A stretch of DNA of 36,103 nt from positions 1 to 36,103 of the forward strand of contig CAVYAN010000043.1 in NCBI GenBank assembly GCA_963766075.1. The letters are read 5' to 3'. Below the pieces are notes generated by a model. That model did no database searches. It was not told the DNA's origin and saw nothing but the letters and a program-made list of their open reading frames with translations. Of the stretch, positions 27,229-36,103 are shown in pieces (the stretch's first letter is position 1; every line of letters starts with the position of its first letter). A program made the position numbers and the translations under genes. Source of the DNA: an uncultured cyanobacterium (lineage in GTDB: Bacteria > Cyanobacteriota > Cyanobacteriia > Leptolyngbyales > Leptolyngbyaceae).

Positions 27229-28635
27229 CAGCAATTCAAAAATCAGGAGGAATTGGTGGCGCGTTTAGGGGGAGAATCGTCTACCTCAAGTCAATCAAGG
27301 CTTGCCACCCTTCCAAGAGGAGATATTTGGTGAGACTGAGGATGTCCTGAAAAAAGCCCTTGTGGGTTCCCCGCTGGTGTTGAATCTTCTGGTAAGCCGT
27401 ATCCACCAGATGTAAGACGGTGTGAAACAAAAAAGCCGATAGATTCAGGGTCAACAAGGACGCAGAGAGCTGATTTTGGCCATGGCCGAAGTTATGCTCT
27501 ACATGGTACCCCTTGGTTTTGAGGACGTTGTGACTTTCGTTCTCAGTTTTTCGGCGAGAGCGACCCGCTGCAACGACTTGAGGCAGCTTTTGGTCCGTGA
27601 GTAGATGCTGGGTGAGCAAGGCATTGGTGTACAGCACCTGGCCATCGGACGACGGGTTAAAACCAGTTGATACCAATTGACCAACAGGGCGGATTGTCCG
27701 TCCCGCAACGGCACTTGGTTGGCATAACGATGGTGGTAAATATTTTTCGTTTGCTGGTTGTATTGTTCAATCACCACCGTTTTGACTTCACCGATACCCT
27801 CCAAATACGCTAACCAGTCATAGAGTGTGGCATGGGAGTGGAGATAAGATTCATCTTGGCGGCCAGGGTGTCCTCACACATGGGCTGACGGCTGTAGAGA
27901 TCGTCCCCCAAAAGCGTGATCGATTGCCCTTCAAAGAGGGGTGAGGTTTTGGCTCGCCACCGTGTTGCGGCATTAATCTCACAATCTTGCTTTTCAGCGC
28001 CATCTTGAAGCGTGATGAGTTCGGGCGCTGAGGCGATCACTTCCGATTTGCCCGGTGCCACGATTACGGGCAAGATGGCGGTATGGAAGTAGCTAACGCT
28101 GCCATTCTTATGGGTTCAACTGGAACAGCAATCGCAGTGGATTTTGTTAGAACTGTGATACTGGGTGCCATCCAGGGTGACCAGTAAATGTCCACCTAGA
28201 TACTCATAGGGTTTTAAGAATCCCTCTCGCTTCAAGGCTTGATAGACCCAATGAAAGATGTCGCTGAAGGGGTTGGACCCGATCAGGTCCATGATATTGC
28301 GGATTTGAGCATTCGTAGGGACTCGACTTAGCCCAAATAGCGTTTGCGCATTATCTTGACCGCAACGACTGGACATTTGCCGTTGAGGCTTCAAAAAGGA
28401 GTCACATTGCATGAAAAAGGCTGAAAAAGCTCCTAAAATGACATCACTCAGTCGATACTACTGGATGGCATTGCTGTGCTGTCGAGGGTCTTGGATCTGA
28501 CCGATGGCCCGATTGACATACGCCATCAAGGTCTCAAAACTGAGCGGCACTGGCTCCATAGATTCCTCTGAAGTCCTCTCTTTCTATCTTCCTACCCGCT
28601 TAACCCATTGTCAAAATCCGAATTTAGAATTGCTG
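27229..28635 (-). mobile_element. Decayed 1407-bp insertion sequence, ISNCY-type (CAG ends)
   Basis: Imperfect TIRs CAGCAATTCAAAAATCAG and CAGCAATTCTAAATTCGG (15/18) enclosing transposase fragments. Confidence 0.82.
27281..28559 (-). pseudogene. DDE transposase pseudogene (ISNCY-type)
   Basis: ATG 28559 with GAGG; MEPVPLSF...DPRQHSNAIQ*YRLSDVILGAFSAFFMQC; LDGTQYHSS, KQDCE, LGDDLYS and ENESHNVLK...EHNFGHG fragments in several frames with stops and frameshifts. Confidence 0.9.
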
Positions 28636-28773
28636 CCTTTTAATGGCTTCATCGCCTAATACCGCATTCGGCGCTAGACGGTAATAGCCCATTCCGGTTC
28701 GGCTATTACCCTTTCCCGTTCCGGAAAATCAGGTCAAAATACAAGAAAGTTGTTGATTCCAGGACTATCTCCT

Positions 28774-29502
28774 ATGAGTAACACCAGTAATTTCCGTCAA
28801 GCCTTGCGCGAGGCCCAAGGTCACGCCCTTGTTGGTCCTAATGTGATTCCCAAGGCCCTGCCGTGGTTAGGGGGTGGCCTATTACTGACGGCCTTGGGGA
28901 CTTACGGTGGGCTGAATGTTTTAGCCACCAATCCCGGCATTTTTATGCCGACCTTCTGGGCAGCCTTGGTCGGTAACCTGATCTTGTTTTTTGTTGCCAG
29001 TAGCGTGGCTCAAAAAGGCAACAATGCTGTGGCCCTGCCCTTGTTGGCAACCTACAGCCTCCTCTCTGGCTATACCCTCACCGGGTTGGTCGCTTTAGCA
29101 ATGGGCACGGATGGCGTTGGTATTGCTGGAGTAGGCTTTGCCGCCTTGGGGTGTGGCATTACCTTCATCGCAGGTCGATCGATCGGCTCTAACCTGAGCG
29201 ATCGCGATGGCTTAGCCCTCTCTCAAACCGTCCAGATGGGCATCATCGCCCTTGTCGTCGTAATGCTGCTGCAAGTGGTGCTGGCCGTGTTTGGCATCCA
29301 CACCCCCACATTTTTGGAAGTGGCAATTTCCGGGATTGGGGTGCTGCTGTTTGTCGGCTCTGCTGTCGTGGATTTCTATATCCTGCCTCGCAGCTACACG
29401 GATGAACAGTACTTGCCCGCAGCGCTATCGATGTACCTGACTTACATCAATTTGTTTGTTTTCATCCTGCGCTTCCTGATTGCGATGAATAGCCGAGACT
29501 AG
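28774..29502 (+). CDS. Bax inhibitor-1/YccA family membrane protein
   Basis: About 7 TMs; C-terminal AALSMYLTYINLFVFILRFL. Confidence 0.9.
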   Translation: MSNTSNFRQALREAQGHALVGPNVIPKALPWLGGGLLLTALGTYGGLNVLATNPGIFMPTFWAALVGNLILFFVASSVAQKGNNAVALPLLATYSLLSGYTLTGLVALAMGTDGVGIAGVGFAALGCGITFIAGRSIGSNLSDRDGLALSQTVQMGIIALVVVMLLQVVLAVFGIHTPTFLEVAISGIGVLLFVGSAVVDFYILPRSYTDEQYLPAALSMYLTYINLFVFILRFLIAMNSRD

Positions 29503-29681
29503 GTTGGGTCAGGCTGGGGCAGCGCATTGTTGAGAGCGATCCCCATCCAACTTAGCTTTTGAGTGATAACTGCCTTTGATTCATAAGGCGATACGACCAT
29601 AGACGGTCATTGCAGGGAAGCCTATTGAGGCATCTCCCTGCATTTTTTTGGAATTTTTTGGAGTACAGGATTCTTTGCTCC

Positions 29682-30689
29682 CTAGTCCGATGTTGCCGAT
29701 AACACCTGCCGCCAATGCCTGACCCGCTGGCGCAGCTTGGGGGCCAGCCAGCCATCATACTGCGGATAAATGGGTAGGCGGGGCACCAGAGTCCAGCCCT
29801 GTGCTTGCAGGCTTTGTGCCAGATCCCAGTCGATAGGATGGGGATAGTTGGGATTCACCTCATCCCGTGGTCCAATTCCTCCCAAATCGTGGGCACCCGC
29901 TGCCAGACAATCCCACAGCGCCTCCGGTGAAATCAGGTTTGGCGGAATTTGCAGAGCGATATCCGACGGCAAGATCTTTCGCGCCCGCTGGACCACAGCC
30001 ATGAAATCCGTCCGATCGCACGCCGACTGTTGCCAAGCTTCACGGCTGCCGGGGCTGTAGGGTTGCAGAATCACCTCTTGAATATGCCCCCATTGCTGGT
30101 GTAGCGCCGCGATCGCCTCCAAGGTCTCATCCTGGTCTGCCACGGTTTCCCCAATTCCCAGCAATAATCCTGTGGTAAAGGGAATCTGCAATTCTCCGGC
30201 CCAAGCCAACTGCTGCACCCGCAGTTCCGGCACTTTGCTGGGGGCATGGCGATGTACCGTTTGTCCCAGTGCAGGTGCGAGCTGCTCTAGCATCAGCCCC
30301 ATCGAGACATTTACCTGCCGCAACTGGCTCATTTCGGCAAAACTTAATGGTCCGACATTAGTGTGGGGTAAAAAACCCAGATCGAGGGCCAGGGCACACA
30401 GATCGTAAATTCGCTGCAACCATTCCGTACGGCGGGTGCTGTGGGGATGCACCTCCCCGCTGAGAATCAGGATTTCGATGACCCCTTGGGTTTGCAGCGA
30501 TCTCAGCACCTGCGCTGCCGCCGCCAAAGTCATCCATGGGCTCTTGCCTGGATCTGTGCGGAAGTTGCAGTAAGTGCAGCGGTTAAAGCACTCATAGGTT
30601 GGCACCAGCGTATACGCCGGACTATAGGTCACAATCCGACCCGACTCCGTTCGCCCCCATAAATCGCCTCGATTGGTTAATGAATGCAC
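29682..30689 (-). CDS. cofG: FO synthase subunit CofG (radical SAM)
   Basis: VTYSPAYTLVPTYECFNRCTYC, LPHTNVG, SMGLMLE, FTTGLLLGIGE, GHIQEVI and IPPNL motifs. Confidence 0.93.
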   Translation of the reverse strand: MHSLTNRGDLWGRTESGRIVTYSPAYTLVPTYECFNRCTYCNFRTDPGKSPWMTLAAAAQVLRSLQTQGVIEILILSGEVHPHSTRRTEWLQRIYDLCALALDLGFLPHTNVGPLSFAEMSQLRQVNVSMGLMLEQLAPALGQTVHRHAPSKVPELRVQQLAWAGELQIPFTTGLLLGIGETVADQDETLEAIAALHQQWGHIQEVILQPYSPGSREAWQQSACDRTDFMAVVQRARKILPSDIALQIPPNLISPEALWDCLAAGAHDLGGIGPRDEVNPNYPHPIDWDLAQSLQAQGWTLVPRLPIYPQYDGWLAPKLRQRVRHWRQVLSATSD

Positions 30690-30880
30690 AAAACCATCCT
30701 TTTGACTCTTCCAGCTCTTTTTGGCGCAAATGACGTGAATTTAGGCAGTTTACCGTAGCTTTATAGTTCTTCGTATTTATGAGAGCAACTGCTCATTGCT
30801 TCACTTAGCCTAAGACTGAATCAAATCAAGCCAATAGCCGAATAGTTCTCTATTGACTGCAAGTAAAGTTAATGAGGTTC

Positions 30881-30910
30881 TTTACAAAGCGCAACAAATT
30901 CGATTATATT
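30881..30910 (+). promoter_or_regulatory. Putative psbA promoter (-35 TTTACA, 18 bp, -10 TATATT)
   Basis: TTTACA at 30881-30886 and TATATT at 30905-30910, 58 bp before the ATG. Typical psbA promoter layout. Confidence 0.6.
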
Positions 30911-30968
30911 AATCACACGGTGTTCAAAGAACATCGAATACAACGTTACTTTAAGCACTCATAAAACC

Positions 30969-32051
30969 ATGACAACGACCCTACAACGGCGCGAAAGCGC
31001 GAACGTGTGGTCCCAGTTCTGCGAATGGGTCACCAGCACCAACAACCGTCTATATGTCGGTTGGTTCGGAGTACTGATGATCCCGACGCTGCTGAGCGCC
31101 ACGATCTGCTTCATCATCGCCTTCATCGCCGCCCCCCCCGTGGACATCGACGGCATCCGCGAGCCCGTCGCCGGCTCCCTGATGTACGGCAACAACATCA
31201 TCTCTGGCGCGGTTGTGCCTTCGTCCAACGCCATTGGCCTTCACTTCTACCCGATTTGGGACGCCGCCTCCTTGGATGAGTGGCTGTACAACGGTGGTCC
31301 TTACCAACTCGTCGTCCTGCACTTCCTGTTAGGCGTCGCCTGCTACATGGGCCGCGAATGGGAACTCTCCTACCGCCTCGGCATGCGCCCCTGGATCTGC
31401 GTAGCTTACTCCGCACCCGTAGCCGCCGCCACCGCAGTCTTCCTGATCTATCCGATTGGTCAAGGCTCGTTCTCCGACGGCATGCCCCTGGGTATCTCCG
31501 GCACCTTCAACTTCATGTTCGTGTTCCAAGCCGAGCACAACATCCTGATGCACCCCTTCCACATGCTGGGCGTTGCTGGTGTGTTTGGTGGCAGCTTGTT
31601 CTCCGCGATGCACGGTTCCTTGGTGACCTCCTCCCTGGTGCGTGAGACTACGGAAGTAGAAAGTCAGAACTACGGCTACAAGTTCGGTCAAGAAGAAGAG
31701 ACCTACAACATCGTTGCGGCCCACGGCTACTTCGGTCGGTTGATCTTCCAATATGCCTCCTTCAACAACTCCCGTGCGCTGCACTTCTTCTTAGGTGCAT
31801 GGCCGGTAGTCGGGATTTGGTTCACCTCCTTGGGCATCAGCACCATGGCGTTCAACCTGAACGGGTTCAACTTCAACCAGAGCATCATCGACTCTCAGGG
31901 TCGTGTGGTGAGCACCTGGGCGGATGTGTTGAACCGGGCGAACTTGGGTATGGAAGTGATGCACGAACGGAATGCGCACAACTTCCCCTTGGATTTGGCT
32001 GCGGGTGAGATTGCTCCGGTTGCTGTCTCTGCTCCTGCTATCAATGGTTAG
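30969..32051 (+). CDS. psbA: Photosystem II D1 protein, standard type with Glu130 (D1:2-like)
   Basis: 360 aa; YMGREWELS; Mn-cluster ligands D170, E189, H332, E333, D342 and A344 present. Confidence 0.99.
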   Translation: MTTTLQRRESANVWSQFCEWVTSTNNRLYVGWFGVLMIPTLLSATICFIIAFIAAPPVDIDGIREPVAGSLMYGNNIISGAVVPSSNAIGLHFYPIWDAASLDEWLYNGGPYQLVVLHFLLGVACYMGREWELSYRLGMRPWICVAYSAPVAAATAVFLIYPIGQGSFSDGMPLGISGTFNFMFVFQAEHNILMHPFHMLGVAGVFGGSLFSAMHGSLVTSSLVRETTEVESQNYGYKFGQEEETYNIVAAHGYFGRLIFQYASFNNSRALHFFLGAWPVVGIWFTSLGISTMAFNLNGFNFNQSIIDSQGRVVSTWADVLNRANLGMEVMHERNAHNFPLDLAAGEIAPVAVSAPAING

Positions 32052-32092
32052 TCTCTGACTAAGAGTTGATTTCTAGGAATTTAATTTCTAGG

Positions 32093-32130
32093 CGCAGGCC
32101 CTCTCTAGGAATAGGGGGGCCTGCGTTTTT
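32093..32130 (+). terminator. Rho-independent terminator after psbA
   Basis: CGCAGGCCCTCTCTA-GGAA-TAGGGGGGCCTGCG followed by TTTTT. Confidence 0.82.
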
Positions 32131-32273
32131 GGTTTTTGGGGTTTCTGCACTTTTGCAAGAGATTACCCATTTTTAAAGAATGATGCGTATGATTTCTACA
32201 AGTGGACTGATGATTTTGTTTGCTTTTGCTATTGATACCGGGGTTGTCCTAAATTTCTGGTCGTTCTTAACCG

Positions 32274-32738
32274 ATGTGGAAAACGATGTTTAAAAAACCT
32301 GCTCAACCTAAGGCATTGCCGACCTACATTGCCGCCAACAGCGAGATGCAAGGAACCCTGCGGGTGGAAAGCAACTTGCTGGTGGATGGGATTGTCCACG
32401 GCACCGTAGAAGTCCGAGGCGATATGGAAATTTCGACCAGTGGGTTAGTGGAAGGCCCCGAGGTCAGGGCCAAAAACCTGGTTGTACATGGCGTCCTGAA
32501 GGCACGGGTTTTTGTTGAGGGCAAGCTTACCCTGAGTCAAACAGCGCGGTTAGAGGGAGATGTAACGGCCACTGCGCTGAATATACAGCCAGGGGCTTGT
32601 TATTTGGGCTACATCGAAACGGTAGAGGTTCAGGCATTGACAGGAACGGTGATCCGGCCCGAGTTGATGGAAAGTCGCAATAATTACGGCCTAGGAAGAA
32701 GTCGAGACGATGTGGGGGACGCAGAGGATGGGATTTAG
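32274..32738 (+). CDS. Bactofilin (polymer-forming cytoskeletal protein)
   Basis: TYIAANSEMQGTL...VDGIVHGTV...LSQTARLEGDV beta-helix repeats. Confidence 0.9.
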   Translation: MWKTMFKKPAQPKALPTYIAANSEMQGTLRVESNLLVDGIVHGTVEVRGDMEISTSGLVEGPEVRAKNLVVHGVLKARVFVEGKLTLSQTARLEGDVTATALNIQPGACYLGYIETVEVQALTGTVIRPELMESRNNYGLGRSRDDVGDAEDGI

Positions 32739-32756
32739 GGGTGGGGATGGTCAGCC

Positions 32757-35700
32757 GTGACCTTGATGCAGGTTTGGGGGGCATTGCTCATTTTTACGCT
32801 TTGTCCTTTGATTGGGGGGATACCGCTGGTGCGGTGGTTGACGGCGGTGTTCACTGGGCGAGATTTGGCCCGACTGGGAACTGGCAACGTCAGTGTATCG
32901 GCAGCGTTTTACCACGGCGGCAAAGTGGCGGGGATCGTGGCGGTGCTCTCCGAAGCCGGGAAAGGCATGGCAGTGGTATTGCTAGCGCGGCAATTTTTTC
33001 CCATGGATTCAGAATGGGAAATTATCGCCCTGATTGGTCTGGTCATGGGGCGCTATTGGGTGGGGAAGGGCGCGGGCACAACGAATGTGGTGTGGGGGTA
33101 TAGCCTACATGATCCGGTTTCAGCCTTGTTTGTACTCCTGATTGGGGGGATTGGGTTTACGCTGGTGCGCGATCGCCGCCAGAGCAAATTTGGCCTCCTG
33201 CTGCTGTTTCCCCTCATTACGCTATTGCGGCACGGGGATCGCTCTGCCCTCGTGGGCGCAACGGTCTGTTTAGCGATGCTTCTAAGCTGGATCTATACCA
33301 AAATGCCGGACGACTTGAATTTATCCGCAGACCTGGCGGCACCCGAAACGCAGGGAGCCTTTCGTTTAGCCCAGGGGAAGGGGACGGCTCCCGGTTCTTC
33401 TCGATCGCCCGATCCATTGCGCTATCGCGGGGTGCGTTCCTTGGATATGCGGTTGGATGCAGCCAAATTTGGCTCTAAGGCCGCCACTCTAGCCGAACTG
33501 AAACGGCTGGGCTATCCGGTGCCGCCGGGATGGGTGCTGCGACCCGGAGATGACTTGGCACTGCTGATTGAGCGGGTGAATCCGTCGTCCGAGCATCCCG
33601 TGGTGGTGCGATCGTCTGCGGTGGGAGAAGATTCAGAAACAGCCTCGGCAGCAGGGCAGTATGAGTCGATTTTGCAGGTGACGAGTCCGGGAGAATTGGA
33701 ACGGGCGATCGCCGATTGTTTTGCCTCCTATGATCGTCCTACGGCTCAGCAGTATCGCCGCGATCGGGGAGTGGGCGATGCGCCCATGGCCGTCTTGGTT
33801 CAGCAGCAAGTACGCGGTGTCTTTTCGGGCGTGGCTTTCAGCCGTGATCCGATTGATCGCCATGGAGAAGCTGTGGTGATTGAGGCCCTTCCCGGTGAGG
33901 CCCAGCGAATTGTCTCAGGCAAAGTTACCCCGGAGTCCTATCGCGTCAGGCTAACGGAGGCCGATCTCGCTGGATCGGACTTAGAACGTTGGCAGATGCC
34001 TGATGGGGTGGTTTTGCCGGTGATGGGCCAAGGGGAAACGCCGGGGCGGTTGCTGCAACAGGTGGCATGGCTGACTCGCCAGTTGGAACAGCACTACCAT
34101 GGGGTGCCCCAGGATATTGAGTGGACCTTTGATGGAGAACGGCTGTGGCTGTTGCAGTCGCGCCCGATTACGACCTTGCTGCCGATTTGGACGCGCAAGA
34201 TTGCCGCAGAGGTGATTCCGGGGCTGATTCGGCCCCTGACTTGGTCGATTAATCGGCCCTTGACCTGTGGCGTGTGGGGACAGTTGTTCACGATCGGGCT
34301 GGGCGATCGCGCCCGGAGCCTAGACTTTACGCAAACCGCTACGCTGCATTACTCCCATGCCTACTTCAACGCTACACTGCTGGGCGACATTTTTCGGCGG
34401 ATGGGTTTGCCTGCTGAAAGCCTTGAGTTTCTGACGCGGGGAGCGCGGTTTCAGAAACCGCCCCTGCTGTCTACCCTGAGCAATGTGCCGGGATTAATTC
34501 GGCTGGCAGGGCGGGAATGGCACTTGGCAACGGACTGGCAGCGGGATTGGCAGCGGTTGTTCCAGCCCAGCCTGACGGAGTTAGCCCAGTCTCCGGCAGC
34601 GGGACTCTCGGCGCGGGCATTGATGGCCCGGATTGACACACTCCTGGACTTGCTTCAAAAGGCCACTTACTACAGCATTTTGGCTCCGTTGAGTGTAGCC
34701 TTACGACAGTCCCTTTGGCGGGTGGAGGCGGCGCACATGGACAATGGGTCTACGCCGGAGGTGGCGGTGGGGCGATCGCTGCAAGCCCTTGCCCAATCCC
34801 CTTTAACCCAATCGGCACTGGCAGCGTCTCAGCCTCCGATACCCGATGCCAATATTCGGCCCGATAACGTCGCAGACGTGTTTACCAGATTGGCGACCAC
34901 CCCAGAGGGCCAAGCAATTCTGGCAGAATTCACGCAAATTTTGGCGCGGTTTGACTTTCTGAGTGAGGTGGGAACGGACATCGCTGTGCCAACTTGGCGG
35001 GAAGATCCGCAACCTGTGCGAGATTTATTTACACAGTTTTGTTTGACACAGGTTTGTCAGCCGTCTGGAGTGCAGTCCTCCCTTCCTGCCGCACCGATCG
35101 CCCCCGAACCACCGCTGCATATGCTGTTCGACTCGTCCAACGGCGCGTCACCCTAAAGGGGCACGTCACCGAGGTTTACAGTCGTCTACTGGCCGAATTG
35201 CGCTGGAGCGTTGTGGCGTTGGAATCCCACTGGATTGCCGCTGGCATCCTTCGCCAAAGGGACGATATTTTCTTTCTCGAACTCGCTGAGGTGCGGGAGC
35301 TGATCGATGCCGCAGACCGGGCTGAAGCACAGCAGGCCCATTCTGCCGCCATCTCCGTGATTATTGCCGCCCGTCGGGTCAACTTGGAGCGCGATCGCCA
35401 ACTCAGACCGATTCCTTACTTGGTCTATGGCCACAATCCACCCGCCACCGTTGCCGGTGATGCTTTATCCGAATCAGTCCCATGGCAAGCTGCTCAGCGC
35501 GTCCAGGGGATTGGTGCGAGTGCTGGGCAGATCGAAGGCCGGGTGAAGATCGTGCGCACCTTGAGCGATGGTCAAGACATTGACCGCAATACGATTTTAG
35601 TGGTGCCCTACACGGATTCGGGGTGGGCACCACTATTGGCACGGGCGGGCGGGCTGATTTCCGAGGTGGGGGGGCGTCTGTCCCATGGGGCGATCGTCGC

Positions 35701-35815
35701 CCGCGAGTACCGCATCCCCGCTGTGATGGACATTCCCCATGCTATGGAATGGCTCCAGGATGGCCAACGGGTGCGAATTGATGGCCAAACCGGTGTCGTT
35801 GAAGTTAGCGGCTAA
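32757..35815 (+). CDS. PlsY-like membrane domain fused to PEP/pyruvate-binding ATP-grasp and phosphohistidine swivel domains; frameshift near 35100
   Basis: DLARLGTGNVSVS and GKGAGTTN (PlsY-like); FGSKAATL, VRSSAVGEDS, AAGQYES, DIEW, LLQSRPIT (ATP-grasp); TDSGWAP and GGRLSHGAIVAREY (His swivel) in the second frame. One extra C in the C5 run at 35101-35105 joins the frames (~1019 aa). Confidence 0.85.
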
Positions 35816-35913
35816 GAAGTCAGGGGCTAAGAGCTGTGGCTCGGGCTTTGTTCAACCGACTCGGGCAGTTCCTAGCTCAGTCAGGAGTTGGGGCTGAGTG
35901 CGGAAGGACGGTC

Positions 35914-36007
35914 TATAGCAGTTCTTAGGCTGGTGAAGTACAGCCGATTCTTAGCTGGCAAGGCTTCAGGACTGAATATGTACCGCGCTTGACCGAGAAC
36001 CGCTATA
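35914..36007. mobile_element. 94-bp MITE/REP-like palindromic element
   Basis: Ends TATAGCAGTTCT and AGAACCGCTATA (11/12 inverted); inner GTACA/TGTAC also in register. Confidence 0.65.
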
Positions 36008-36103
36008 CTGCGCACCAGATGCCAGTACTCACAGCGGGCGAGTTGGACGCGCTCAGTTCCTTTTGGGCTGGGGTAGAGACTTTTTTTTTGACGCGGAGAT
36101 CGA
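36008..36103 (-). pseudogene. IS630-family transposase fragment spanning the A-run frameshift site, cut by the window edge and apparently truncated at the MITE
   Basis: Minus strand reads DLRVKKK, then in the -1 frame KKSLYPSPKGTERVQLARCEYWHLVRSI across an A9G run (T9 at 36081-36089), resembling the cyanobacterial IS630 orfA/orfB junction. Confidence 0.6.

Larger units (their letters stand above)
26460..28635. mobile_element. Putative composite transposon: MITE + passenger gene + decayed IS
   Basis: Outer termini CAGCAATTC...GAATTGCTG flanked by CTTTTTAAT (26451-26459) and CCTTTTAAT (28636-28644), an 8/9 direct repeat. Confidence 0.6.

Noticed and set aside
28680..28710. 10-bp hairpin GGTAATAGCC/GGCTATTACC upstream of the BI-1 gene
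   Set aside because: Real inverted repeat, but short and with no supporting context to assign a function.
21813..30689. F420 pathway link between the CofC-like TIGR04282 domain and cofG
   Set aside because: The genes are 6.5 kb apart with unrelated genes between, and no cofD, cofE or cofH is present here. Cyanobacterial CofG is explained by FO photolyase antenna synthesis.
30969..32051. Rogue, microaerobic or far-red D1 variant
   Set aside because: All Mn-cluster ligands and the standard C-terminal processing site are present, and no far-red or low-oxygen cluster genes are adjacent.

Overview
Cyanobacterial chromosomal segment (frequent HIP1 GCGATCGC, heptamer-type short repeats, rbcLXS, psaL, psbA, pedR), probably from a filamentous Leptolyngbya-like organism (inference). 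It is mostly core genes: folP, sigma-like gene/pedR/hisS, psaL, DUF928 and TpsB, rbcL-rbcX-rbcS, mtnP, rfbD, a BI-1/YccA gene, cofG, psbA (E130 D1:2 type) and a bactofilin. Five features stand out. (1) An apparent composite transposon at 26460-28635: a 218-bp MITE and a decayed ISNCY-type IS share CAGCAATTC termini, enclose a secreted-protein gene, and are flanked by an 8/9 direct repeat. (2) A ~1019-aa fusion of a degenerate PlsY domain with a rifampicin-phosphotransferase/PigC-like dikinase, split by one frameshift and tightly linked to a bactofilin gene. (3) An orphan HicB-type RHH protein with two ungapped 48-aa Cys-containing repeats. (4) A fused TIGR04282/TIGR04283 glycosyltransferase near MTA phosphorylase. 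(5) An NMT1-type binding protein overlapping a histidine kinase gene, with no transporter or regulator nearby. No rRNA, tRNA or CRISPR array was seen. All family calls come from motif recognition by eye, not from database searches.
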